Positions 19,529-28,309 of a stretch of 64,000 nucleotides of DNA are shown piece by piece; position 1 is the first letter of the stretch, and the number at the start of each line of letters is the position of its first letter. Below the pieces are notes generated by a model. The model had not been told where the DNA came from, did not search any database, and saw only the letters and a program-made list of their open reading frames with translations. A program made the translations under genes and the position numbers. Origin of the DNA: Acidilobaceae archaeon (GTDB lineage Archaea > Thermoproteota > Thermoprotei_A > Sulfolobales > Acidilobaceae); contig JAWBBK010000001.1 in NCBI GenBank assembly GCA_038824665.1, positions 128,001 through 192,000 on the forward strand, in the 5' to 3' direction.

Positions 19529-20425
19529 CTAAGGACGCGGGGTAGCGGCGGAGAGCCCCCGTGACCGGGGTTCGAATCCCCGCCCGGCTACCAATACTTT
19601 ACAATAGCTTTCTTTCTCGAGATCACTCTCTCTAAGACCTCCACGAAAGTTTTTTGACAGATCCTTTTTTCCTATTACTATAAAACGCGAAGGCTCAGGA
19701 TATGTCCTTTCGAGAGCTTGTTCGATCACGTCTTCTCTAATGACCTCAACTAGCTGGTGTCTTGAAATTATGTGACCAAAACATATATCACTTTCCAACA
19801 TGGCTTTTGTATATCTCTTCGGATAGTGAGGTCCTCCGAAAGCCGTTGCAGACATGCAGTTAGGAAGACCTTCTTCTAATTTGTTTACGACGTTGCTTAC
19901 AGTAAGAGCCAGAGCGAGGATTGCTTTCATATCTCTCCATTGTTCCTCACAGCTACCTACCTCGATGAAGACTAGAGGCTTCTTTGATCCTGTGGGTCCG
20001 TGGTGAGTAGCTTCAAGAGTAACCTCATAAGTACTATCTAATTTGAGCTCTTGAGAAAGCTTGAAGTAGTAGAAAATAAGAGCTTTAGCTAGAGCAGGAT
20101 AAGAAACGCCTAGTTCGAACGGCTTTCCCCCATTTGTTAGACTTGTAGGGTTTCCAACGTGATGAACACTAAGCGTGCCTCTACACTCGCGAGAAGCGTG
20201 GCGAGAGAGCGCTATAAGAGGTCTTACTTCACTTCTAGGACTTACGTCAAGAATCTCTAAATCTAAGAGTTCTTGTTCGTAGCCGGCTATTAGTCCTCCC
20301 TCATAGCGATAACACTCTTTGGCTCCAGGACAGGTCGAAGGACTAGCTCTGAGATGTTCTACGAGCAGTTTTGAAGCTGAGACTCCTACAGGATCTTTTA
20401 CCGAATATACTATGTCTATCTCCAT
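19529..20425 (-). CDS. dtdA: D-aminoacyl-tRNA deacylase (archaeal DTD2); C-terminus probably frameshifted
   Basis: LSRHAS, SVHHVGNP, VTLEATHHGPT, FIEVGS, FGGPHY, GHII. Confidence 0.88.
   Translation of the reverse strand: MEIDIVYSVKDPVGVSASKLLVEHLRASPSTCPGAKECYRYEGGLIAGYEQELLDLEILDVSPRSEVRPLIALSRHASRECRGTLSVHHVGNPTSLTNGGKPFELGVSYPALAKALIFYYFKLSQELKLDSTYEVTLEATHHGPTGSKKPLVFIEVGSCEEQWRDMKAILALALTVSNVVNKLEEGLPNCMSATAFGGPHYPKRYTKAMLESDICFGHIISRHQLVEVIREDVIEQALERTYPEPSRFIVIGKKDLSKNFRGGLRESDLEKESYCKVLVAGRGFEPRSRGLSAATPRP
19533..19593 (+). tRNA. Split tRNA-Gln 3' half (exon 19556-19593) with complementary leader (19533-19555)
   Basis: Leader GGACGCGGGGTAGCGGCGGAGAG, then C CCCCG TGAC CGGGG TTCGAAT CCCCG CCCGGCT A CCA; acceptor and anticodon stems pair exactly with the 5' half at 14669-14706. 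Confidence 0.92.
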
Positions 20426-20952
20426 GTCTCTTCATCCAGCCGACGCCTGGCTATCATTAACAACAACATAGTCTTCAAATCTCTTATCTTTCCTTTGCGC
20501 AGGAGTTCGAACGCTTCATCAAGACTGACGACTAAGCGTTCTAAAACTTCGTGAGGCTCGGGAACACCATCGCTCGGTTCAGGGTCCCAAGCTATGAATA
20601 AAGTCATATATTCTGTAGAGTATCCAGGAGATACAAAGCCTTCGTTAACTCGTTCTAGCTCTTTGGTTGTAAGCCCTGCTTCTTCTTTCAGCTCTCTCAG
20701 AGCAGCCTCTTCGGGGCTTTCACCCTCTTTCTGTGTACCCGCAGGAGCTTCTAGAAGCCACTCTCTAACTGCAGGTCTGTACTGTCTTACTAGTACAGTT
20801 GTTCTCTCCTTTCTCCATATGGGGAGCACGGCTACGCTTTTGGGAAAAACGACTCTGTCTACAAACATCTTAATCCCGTTGGGCAAAACCTCTTCACGAC
20901 ACTCTAAAGAGACCCTTCTACATTTGATGCTGTTTGGATCTTTTGTTTTCAA
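20416..20952 (-). CDS. NUDIX hydrolase (ADP-ribose pyrophosphatase type)
   Basis: VRQYRP, PAG....GESPEEAALRELKEEAG Nudix box, SPG. Confidence 0.9.
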   Translation of the reverse strand: MKTKDPNSIKCRRVSLECREEVLPNGIKMFVDRVVFPKSVAVLPIWRKERTTVLVRQYRPAVREWLLEAPAGTQKEGESPEEAALRELKEEAGLTTKELERVNEGFVSPGYSTEYMTLFIAWDPEPSDGVPEPHEVLERLVVSLDEAFELLRKGKIRDLKTMLLLMIARRRLDEETWR

Positions 20953-21099
20953 AAAGCTTCACCTCGATGATACAAATCTTTTTTCTATACTCTTTAGCGA
21001 CGGAGGGCGCTTTTGTTCTTTAGAAGGATATAGAACCACTTGTTTCCTCATCTCCTTATTTTAGCTTTGGAAGGAACTAGTTTTGTGAGCGTGTAGTAA

Positions 21100-21552
21100 A
21101 TGAGTAGAACTAGCGGCTTCATTAAGGTAAGTGATTTAAAAGAGGGGTTAGAAGGTCTGACCTTGAGGGTTCGTGTTCTCGAGGTTTACGATAAAAAAGT
21201 CGTCGAGACCAAGAGAGGTCCCAGGACGCTTAGCGAAGCTTTAGTGGGCGATGAAACCGGGAGAGTTAAGCTTACCTTGTGGGGTAAGCTTGCTGGAAGC
21301 TTAAAGGCTGGAGAAGTTATCGAGATCTCCAACTGTTGGACTACTAGCTACAAAGGTGAAGTTCAAGTCAATGCAGGTAGCTTGAGTTCAATAAAGAGAA
21401 TAGAGGAGAAAGAGCTTCCTAACGTTGAGGAGATTCCGGAAGACCGTCCTAGGACTTCAACTAAAGGGTCTGAGTTTAGAGCCGAGAGAAAGAGCAATCC
21501 CAAGAATAGAGAAGGCCGAAGAGCTGGAAGAGGACGGATTCAGAGATTCTAA
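21100..21552 (+). CDS. ssb: Crenarchaeal single-stranded DNA-binding protein
   Basis: Single OB fold (VGDETGRVKLTLWG) with flexible charged tail. Confidence 0.88.
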   Translation: MSRTSGFIKVSDLKEGLEGLTLRVRVLEVYDKKVVETKRGPRTLSEALVGDETGRVKLTLWGKLAGSLKAGEVIEISNCWTTSYKGEVQVNAGSLSSIKRIEEKELPNVEEIPEDRPRTSTKGSEFRAERKSNPKNREGRRAGRGRIQRF

Positions 21553-21644
21553 GCCGGAATCGAAGTCTCAGTAGATAAACTTAATAAAGCACAGATCTAC
21601 GCAAACTATAATTAACTTTGGATAATAAGATTCCATAGGAGCTG

Positions 21645-22262
21645 GTGCTAAACCCAATGAGTATACTACATTCAGGCAAGTACGTTAGCGTCGTTGTCGA
21701 TAACACTAAAGTAAAAATTGGAGGGAGAATTTATGAAACAGGTCACGTTTTTATAGTGGGAGCGCATTCAATTGTTGTCGAAGCGACTTCGCTGAAGTTC
21801 AGGATGGAAACTCTTGTCCCGATAGAGTCGCGTATAGACTCCACTATGGAAGATGTATTAAAGGTCTATGTACCAGAATACAAATTTGAAGTAGACTCTT
21901 ATGGTTCTAAGATGAATGTCAAGCAGAACGGCGTTATCGAGATGGTAGGAGAGATTGTAACTCTCAAGCTTGAGTCAGATATAGAGACAGAGTCGGTTAT
22001 AGTAAAGATACCGAGGTTCAAGAAGGTTAAGGCCCAGAAAGTTAAGATCACAGCCGAGAACGAAGTTTCAGCGAACTTCATTCTGAATCCTCTCGTAGGA
22101 GTTATCTCAATATCTAAAGCTCGTTGTGTTCTTAAAGAATCAGAAAGCGAGCTAGAGATCTCTTGTACTTTCAACGAAAACGCTTTCATCGAGAAAGAAG
22201 AGATCAGAGAGCCTATAGAGGCGAAGAGACCAGTTGCTGAAAGCCACAGATTCGAGCAATAA
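21645..22262 (+). CDS. Hypothetical beta-rich protein
   Basis: 205-aa ORF with normal codon style; no recognised motif. Confidence 0.7.
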   Translation: MLNPMSILHSGKYVSVVVDNTKVKIGGRIYETGHVFIVGAHSIVVEATSLKFRMETLVPIESRIDSTMEDVLKVYVPEYKFEVDSYGSKMNVKQNGVIEMVGEIVTLKLESDIETESVIVKIPRFKKVKAQKVKITAENEVSANFILNPLVGVISISKARCVLKESESELEISCTFNENAFIEKEEIREPIEAKRPVAESHRFEQ

Positions 22263-22608
22263 GTTCAGAACCTCATGCTATTTTTGTAGTTCCTTAGCAA
22301 CATCTTCCTGTTCATCATGTGGAAGACCTGTATGTGATAAGCACTTAATCGATTTAAGAATATGTAGCGTTTGCTTAGAAGCTTTGTGCAGACTCTGCAG
22401 AGAGCGCCTCTCAACATCTTCCTGTTCATCATGTGGAAGACCTGTATGCTTTCAGTGTTCAAAACAAATCGATAATGTGCGCAGAGTTTGTAGAGACTGT
22501 TTGAAGGCTTCTAGAAGGGGAGCGGAGATCATTCATGTTGAAAGAGTCAAGAAGACTTATGAGATCTTAAGGCTTTCTGAAAAGGGAAGCCAGGATCAGC
22601 AAAAATAA
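22234..22608 (+). CDS. Cys-rich tandem zinc-finger (B-box-like) protein
   Basis: Two repeats of CxxC..CSSCGRPVC..H/C..CxxC. Confidence 0.7.
   Translation: MLKATDSSNKFRTSCYFCSSLATSSCSSCGRPVCDKHLIDLRICSVCLEALCRLCRERLSTSSCSSCGRPVCFQCSKQIDNVRRVCRDCLKASRRGAEIIHVERVKKTYEILRLSEKGSQDQQK
22298..22448 (+). repeat. Perfect 37-bp direct repeat (22298-22334, 22412-22448)
   Basis: CAACATCTTCCTGTTCATCATGTGGAAGACCTGTATG twice, 114-nt period. Confidence 0.9.
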
Positions 22609-22641
22609 GCCTTCAGTTTAAGGAGAGAGTGGGCATAGGCT

Positions 22642-23184
22642 ATGAGACATGATGTAATAGCTAGAGAGCAAAGCGTTTTAGAGAACCTAATCTCTAAAGC
22701 TCCAAAACAGGGCTATCGGTCTCTTGTTTCGCTTTCACTGATTTCAGAACTTCTTAGATTAGTAAAGCTTGCTGGAGAAGTTCTAGCTAAGACTGAGTGT
22801 TCAGTTAGAGGTAAGGGCTCTTGTATCAGCGGAGGTTCAGGAGAAAAGTACTGTCATACCGGTTGCTACGGTTATAGAGTGGTAGAGAAATCCGGTATAT
22901 CAACGCTATTTCGTTATACCGATAGACCTTTGGCTATAAGTGCTGGAGAGAACTTTCTTAAAATCTCGACAAAGCTTTACTCCATAGAGTTAATGGGCAG
23001 TAGGGTTAGGGCTGTTCTTCGCGACGTGCCTAAAGAGTTAGAAGTAGATTTAGCTGATAGTGATTCGTTGGCTACTAGCGCTCATCTCTTTAAAATAACG
23101 TTACCAGAACTCATCAGGGAGTTGGAAGTAGCAAACGTTAACTTATCTACCTGTTTGAGGATGTCAGCGATAGCATGCTCTTGA
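22642..23184 (+). CDS. Hypothetical protein
   Basis: 180-aa ORF with SD-like GGAG/GTGG upstream. Confidence 0.65.
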   Translation: MRHDVIAREQSVLENLISKAPKQGYRSLVSLSLISELLRLVKLAGEVLAKTECSVRGKGSCISGGSGEKYCHTGCYGYRVVEKSGISTLFRYTDRPLAISAGENFLKISTKLYSIELMGSRVRAVLRDVPKELEVDLADSDSLATSAHLFKITLPELIRELEVANVNLSTCLRMSAIACS

Positions 23185-23208
23185 CTACAAACGATTCAGG
23201 TTTCAATC

Positions 23209-23820
23209 TTGATCGTTAGACACATAGGCATAATTCCTGACGGCAATAGACGCTGGGCTAAACTTCATAGAACGAGCTTGCGCGAAGCATATGAGAGAGG
23301 TCTAAGAGTCCTCGAGAGAACGGTTCTAAACCTCTTTGAGTTGCCTGTAAGTTCCGTTACTATCTATGCTCTTAGCTATGAGAACTGCACTGCTAGAAGT
23401 AGAGAAGAGCTGGAAGTTCTAGAAGAAGTGATCAGATTAGGGCTCGAGTCTCTCCAGAAGTTCGTAGAAAGAAACGTGGTCGCTGTTAGAGTCTACGGGG
23501 ATGAAAGTAGGCTCTCAGAGGAGATTAGGAACAAAATAAAAGAGTTAGAAGAAGAGTCTCCATTATCTTCTTTCATGTTGAACATAGGTCTGTGCTATAG
23601 ATGTGAACCAAAAACAGGATACAAAAGGGGAGAGCTTCAACAACCTGTCGATTTAGTTATAAGAACTGGAGGTAGGTCTCGTTTAAGCGGCTTCTTCCCT
23701 ATAGATTCAAGTTATGCTGAGATATATGTAACGGAAAAGCTATGGCCGGACTTTACGGAGAACGATTTGGAGGAGGCAATTATGTGGTTTATGAAGCAAA
23801 AAAGGAACTTCGGTAGATGA
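23209..23820 (+). CDS. uppS: cis-prenyltransferase (undecaprenyl diphosphate synthase family)
   Basis: HIGIIPDGNRRWA, YALSYEN, DLVIRTGG..RLSGF, LWPDF, RNFGR. Confidence 0.92.
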   Translation: MIVRHIGIIPDGNRRWAKLHRTSLREAYERGLRVLERTVLNLFELPVSSVTIYALSYENCTARSREELEVLEEVIRLGLESLQKFVERNVVAVRVYGDESRLSEEIRNKIKELEEESPLSSFMLNIGLCYRCEPKTGYKRGELQQPVDLVIRTGGRSRLSGFFPIDSSYAEIYVTEKLWPDFTENDLEEAIMWFMKQKRNFGR

Positions 23821-23897
23821 GAGATGACTAACTTAAAGACCGTTTAGGTTTTGAAAAGGAGTCCTTTAGATTTCTAAGATGTAAAATTGCGAGATCT

Positions 23898-25016
23898 TCA
23901 CATTATTTTTTTCAATACCACTTCTAGAATGCCGGCAGTAATTCCTCCCAAAGCTAAAAACAATATGAAGTTGCTTTCCAATATGGCTCTTATTAAGACT
24001 TCTGAAGTTAAGCCTTCAGTGGTAGTCACAAGAGCTTCGAGAGTTGAGCCTAAGCTGTAGAATCCTCCGGATAATAGGAGAAAAGCTACAGAGAGGACTA
24101 AAGAATCCACAGATTTGAACTCTCCGAGCAGAAGGTCTCTCAATACGTTTCCTATTAGCAAAGCTAGAGAGAATCCGATTAAAGCTAGGGGGGCAGAGAA
24201 CCCTAGGAAGGCTACGAGACCTTCTGTCATACCTTCTCTCATTGAGGCTTCGATCGTTATGTAGGCGCTGGCAGACGTAAGGGCTAAAAGTATGGTTAAA
24301 GCGACTAATCTGATATAAAGAGGTTCTTTTATGTAGTTCAGAGTCCTCACAGCTAAGGACATAGCGTAGTCTTCAAGACCAAATCCCCGTATAAACATTA
24401 CTGTTCCCAATATTATCAGAGAGATCTTGACAGCAAGACTCAACATATTGAAGACAGCTAATATCCCCAATAGAGTTAAAATCAGACCTGGAATACCTAA
24501 AAAGTATCTGACAAACCTAGGGTCTTCTAAAGCCTTTCTTAAGTATCTGGAAAACAATACATAGCTCGTCTCTATACCTGCATGTTGTTCTACAACGATC
24601 CTTTTGACCACAGCTATGGGAGCAACATCGCTCAAGATCTCTCCTATCATGACTTCGTCTAACCCGTCTCCGACTATGTAGAGTTCTACATTTCCTTCCA
24701 AACTATCAACTATTTTTCTGATCCTTTCTTTAATTTTGAGCTGGGCTTCTACTTCATCACCTTTATGTCCTCCTACTATAGCTATTTCTGGTTTTGCATC
24801 TCTTTCTTGAAGTCTCCAATAAAGACTGAGTCCATAAAATATAGCATTGAGATCTGCGTCTTCAGATCTGGTTTTAGCATAAGATAAGGCAGCAGAGAGA
24901 ACGCTTTCAGCTCCTATGATCACGCTAGATCCCGTTACCTCGAATATGTCGTTATCGATATCAACTATGACCACAAACGGCCTTCTAGACACAGTGAACT
25001 CCCTAGTCTCTTCCAT
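23898..25016 (-). CDS. DUF373-family membrane protein
   Basis: VDIDNDI, EDADLN, DG.DE, KRIVVEQ...IE.SY followed by TM helices. Confidence 0.75.
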   Translation of the reverse strand: MEETREFTVSRRPFVVIVDIDNDIFEVTGSSVIIGAESVLSAALSYAKTRSEDADLNAIFYGLSLYWRLQERDAKPEIAIVGGHKGDEVEAQLKIKERIRKIVDSLEGNVELYIVGDGLDEVMIGEILSDVAPIAVVKRIVVEQHAGIETSYVLFSRYLRKALEDPRFVRYFLGIPGLILTLLGILAVFNMLSLAVKISLIILGTVMFIRGFGLEDYAMSLAVRTLNYIKEPLYIRLVALTILLALTSASAYITIEASMREGMTEGLVAFLGFSAPLALIGFSLALLIGNVLRDLLLGEFKSVDSLVLSVAFLLLSGGFYSLGSTLEALVTTTEGLTSEVLIRAILESNFILFLALGGITAGILEVVLKKIM

Positions 25017-25201
25017 ATCTGGCTATATTCAAGGACGTATTTTAGTCTAACTCTAACTCTTTGTAATAAACGTTTAACATAAGCATAGCGGGTTGAGGAT
25101 AACGCTTAGACCAAATCCATAAACTCTTGTTCTCGAGCCTGGAGAGTTCTGACAAATACAAGCATAGGACGGTAGTGAGGCCAGGTTTTTCTGTTTTTTC
25201 G

Positions 25202-25798
25202 TCATCTAGAGCTGAGGGCTATCCTCTCTATCTCTTCTTTCTGTCTTATAGCATAACTTTCTGGAGAGTTTCTCGACGCCTTTATGATCTCTTCCGCTAG
25301 ACACTCCTCTATAGATTTAGGACTTCTGAATGCACAGAGCCTAGCTCCTTCAACTATAAATCGAAGAGCCAGATCCACTCTCCTCTGAGGGGATACGTCT
25401 ACAGAAACATGATATGTTATGCCTCCATACATTATCCTTGTTGTCTCCTCTCTTGGGGCTGAGTTCTCTATGGCTTTTACCAGAACTTGAATAGGATTTT
25501 CTTTTGTTTCGTAATATATGATCTCGAAAGCCGTTTTGGTTATATTGTAGGCTAAATGCTTTTTGCCTCCGTTCTTACCTGGAAACATGAGTTTGTTGAT
25601 TAAGCGCTCTACTATGTTGACCTCAGCTTTGCTGAACCTTCTGTGTTCATGTCTTCCTCCGCTATGGGGAAGATAGACAGGCTTTAGACAGATGTACTTT
25701 TTGAGACCAGGATCTCTGACCTCTATTCCTGCGAAGCTCCACTTACCGAAAAGCAGAGGCTCGCTAAGCTCTACTCTCAGCGTTTTCTCCTCGCTCAT
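25202..25798 (-). CDS. rps7: 30S ribosomal protein S7
   Basis: [51 protein letters not shown]. Confidence 0.96.
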   Translation of the reverse strand: MSEEKTLRVELSEPLLFGKWSFAGIEVRDPGLKKYICLKPVYLPHSGGRHEHRRFSKAEVNIVERLINKLMFPGKNGGKKHLAYNITKTAFEIIYYETKENPIQVLVKAIENSAPREETTRIMYGGITYHVSVDVSPQRRVDLALRFIVEGARLCAFRSPKSIEECLAEEIIKASRNSPESYAIRQKEEIERIALSSR

Positions 25799-25936
25799 CT
25801 ATTCCAGCCCTTCTTATCCAGGCAAACGGTTCAACTTTTTATATTGTTTACTTCTCCAAAGTAGACAAGAGAAACGCCACTTCTCGTGGGCTATCATGAA
25901 AATATATATTCCGAGAGTTTAGCGTGCTTCTGGCGA

Positions 25937-26218
25937 ATGAAGTTGAGCGAATACCTAGCTCAAGCGTTCGATATAATTAAACTCGAGCTAGAGAAATATG
26001 AAATAAAGATCGTAAGAAAAGATAAGGACACCTTCGAGCTTCAAAGAAAAGGAGAGACGTTCATGAGCGTTCGAGATGCTAGAGACTACGTAGAGATTAG
26101 CTTTAAAGGTAAGAAATACTCTTATGACAAGTGGTATACGAAACCTCAACATTTAGCCAACACGATACTAAATGTATTGAAGTATCACATAGAAGGGCGT
26201 ACTACAGAGACTACGTAG
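25937..26218 (+). CDS. Small conserved hypothetical protein
   Basis: Compact ORF (YDKWYTKPQHLA) upstream of tuf. Confidence 0.6.
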   Translation: MKLSEYLAQAFDIIKLELEKYEIKIVRKDKDTFELQRKGETFMSVRDARDYVEISFKGKKYSYDKWYTKPQHLANTILNVLKYHIEGRTTETT

Positions 26219-26381
26219 AGAATAGTTTTCACTTACTTTCTTCGTCATGTCGGACTCTACTATCTTGTAAGCGCTTTTTATATAATACAAGCTCATGTTC
26301 TTTATATTTCGTGCCCTCAGGACTTTATAAGATAAGACCGGTAACTTATAAATACTGGGCGCTAGTCCTTTTGGAGGCGGG

Positions 26382-27713
26382 GTGATAGAGAGTATGACGA
26401 CTCCCTCTAAGCCTCACTTAAACCTAGTCATAATAGGACATGTAGATCACGGAAAGAGCACGATGACAGGTCACCTGCTCTATAGATTAGGCTATGTAGA
26501 TGAGAAAAAACTAAAAGAAATAGAAGAGCTGGCTAAACAGAAAGGCAAAGAGAGCTTCAAGTTCGCTTGGATTCTAGACAAGATGAAGGAGGAAAGAGAA
26601 AGAGGCATTACGATTGATCCTGCTTTCGTAAAGTTCGAAACTAAAAAGTACTACTTCACGATCATCGACGCTCCTGGTCACAGAGACTTCGTTAAAAACA
26701 TGATCACAGGAGCTAGCCAGGCCGATGCCGCCATTTTAGTCGTCTCCGCTAGAAAAGGAGAGTTTGAAGCAGGTATGAGTCCAGAAGGTCAAACTAGAGA
26801 GCACTTGCTTTTAGCTAAGACTCTAGGCATAGAACAACTAGTCGTTGCTGTTAACAAGATGGACGCTACCGAACCTCCTTACAGCAAACAGAGATATGAA
26901 GAAGTAGTGGGGATAATGAAGAAGTACATGAAGAGCATCGGTTATGATCCAGAGAAGACGCTCTTCATTCCGATCAGTGCGTGGACTGGTGAGAACCTCA
27001 TAGAGAGATCTCCTAACATGCCTTGGTATGACGGACCGGTGCTTGTCGAAGTCTTAGATAGCTTCAAGCCGCCTGCTAAACCTGTGGACAAGCCTCTTAG
27101 AATTCCCATTGCTGGAGTCTACTCTATACCCGGAGCCGGCACTGTACCTGTCGGTAGGGTTGAGTCAGGAGTTCTCAAAGTTGGAGACAAGGTAGTGATT
27201 ATGCCTACAGGAGTGCTGACTGAAGTCAGAAGCATTCAGATGCATTATCAGGACTTACCCAAAGCCGAGCCTGGAGACAATATAGGCTTCGCTCTCAGAG
27301 GCGTCTCAAAGGACGACGTAAAACGTGGCGATGTTGTAGGACATCCCGATACAGCCCCAACGGTGGTCGAAGAGTTTACTGCAAGACTTTTCGTCGTCTG
27401 GCATCCCAGCGCTATAGCTCCAGGTTATACGCCAGTTATACACGTACACACAGCTAGCGTAAGCGCTAGGATGACTGAAATAGTGGCCAAGCTAGACCCT
27501 AGGACAGGTAAAGTTCTTGAAGAAAAGCCGCAGTTCCTTAAGCCTGGAGATGTAGCTATAGTTAAGTTCAAACCCATCAAGCCTTTAGTGATAGAGAAGT
27601 TCAGCGACTTCCCTGCTCTCGGAAGGTTCGCTATGAGAGACATGAACAGAACTATAGGGATAGGGATAGTAACCGATGTTAAGCCCATGAAGGTCGACAT
27701 AAAGGCTAAGTAA
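26382..27713 (+). CDS. tuf: Elongation factor 1-alpha
   Basis: GHVDHGKST, ERERGITI, DAPGHRDF, NKMD, LGRFAMRD. Confidence 0.98.
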   Translation: MIESMTTPSKPHLNLVIIGHVDHGKSTMTGHLLYRLGYVDEKKLKEIEELAKQKGKESFKFAWILDKMKEERERGITIDPAFVKFETKKYYFTIIDAPGHRDFVKNMITGASQADAAILVVSARKGEFEAGMSPEGQTREHLLLAKTLGIEQLVVAVNKMDATEPPYSKQRYEEVVGIMKKYMKSIGYDPEKTLFIPISAWTGENLIERSPNMPWYDGPVLVEVLDSFKPPAKPVDKPLRIPIAGVYSIPGAGTVPVGRVESGVLKVGDKVVIMPTGVLTEVRSIQMHYQDLPKAEPGDNIGFALRGVSKDDVKRGDVVGHPDTAPTVVEEFTARLFVVWHPSAIAPGYTPVIHVHTASVSARMTEIVAKLDPRTGKVLEEKPQFLKPGDVAIVKFKPIKPLVIEKFSDFPALGRFAMRDMNRTIGIGIVTDVKPMKVDIKAK

Positions 27714-27747
27714 GATAGCTTCTTTACAACCTTAGGGGTTTTTAGCG

Positions 27748-28062
27748 ATGATTTTTAAGCTAAGGATTTGGTTGTGGAGCAATAACGTAGAGAGTTTGGA
27801 GAACGTAGCTCATCAGATAAAAGATATTGCTGAGAAATCTGGAGTAAGGATAAGAGGACCCGTACCTCTTCCGACGAAAAAGCTAAGGATAGCTGTACCT
27901 CGGCTACCTCATGGAGAGGGATCGAAGTATTGGGAGCGCTGGGAGCTGAGGGTCCACAAGAGACTGATAGATATAGAAGCCGATGAGAGAGTGCTTAGAA
28001 AGATAATGAGGATCCAGGTCCCTTCAGACGTGTATATAGAGATAAAACAGCTATCTAGATAA
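27748..28062 (+). CDS. rps10: 30S ribosomal protein S10
   Basis: [29 protein letters not shown]. Confidence 0.96.
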   Translation: MIFKLRIWLWSNNVESLENVAHQIKDIAEKSGVRIRGPVPLPTKKLRIAVPRLPHGEGSKYWERWELRVHKRLIDIEADERVLRKIMRIQVPSDVYIEIKQLSR

Positions 28063-28215
28063 TTTGATACCTTCTGTTACTTATGAAGACCCTTTTATAG
28101 TGGACTTTATGTATTTAACTAATATTTTGAGATAGTGAAGTAGTCATTTTATCAGAACTCCACCAACTTATGGAAGCCAGATAACCGCGGCTTTCGAGAG
28201 ATCTCGTAGAGTTGC

Positions 28216-28304
28216 GCCGGGGTGCCCGAGCGGACCAAGGGGACGGGCTGGAGACCCGTTGCCCCTTCGGGGGCGCGCGGGTTCGAATCCCGCCCCCGGC
28301 GCCA
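28216..28304 (+). tRNA. tRNA-Ser(GGA)
   Basis: Cloverleaf with long variable arm, anticodon loop CT GGA GA, TTCGAAT, encoded CCA; follows tuf-rps10. Confidence 0.95.
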
Positions 28305-28309
28305 ACTTT

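Noticed and set aside
19533-19593. 3' tRNA fragment as the att site of an integrated virus or plasmid
   Set aside because: No integrase and no intact parent tRNA in the window; the fragment has a complementary leader and BHB matching the separate 5' half.
22298-22448. 37-bp repeat pair as a mini-CRISPR array
   Set aside because: Only two copies, a 77-nt spacer, in-frame within a Zn-finger CDS, no cas genes or leader.
28160-28200. ATAACCGCGGC resembling a 16S rRNA antisense guide
   Set aside because: Only about 8 nt match and there are no convincing C/D boxes.
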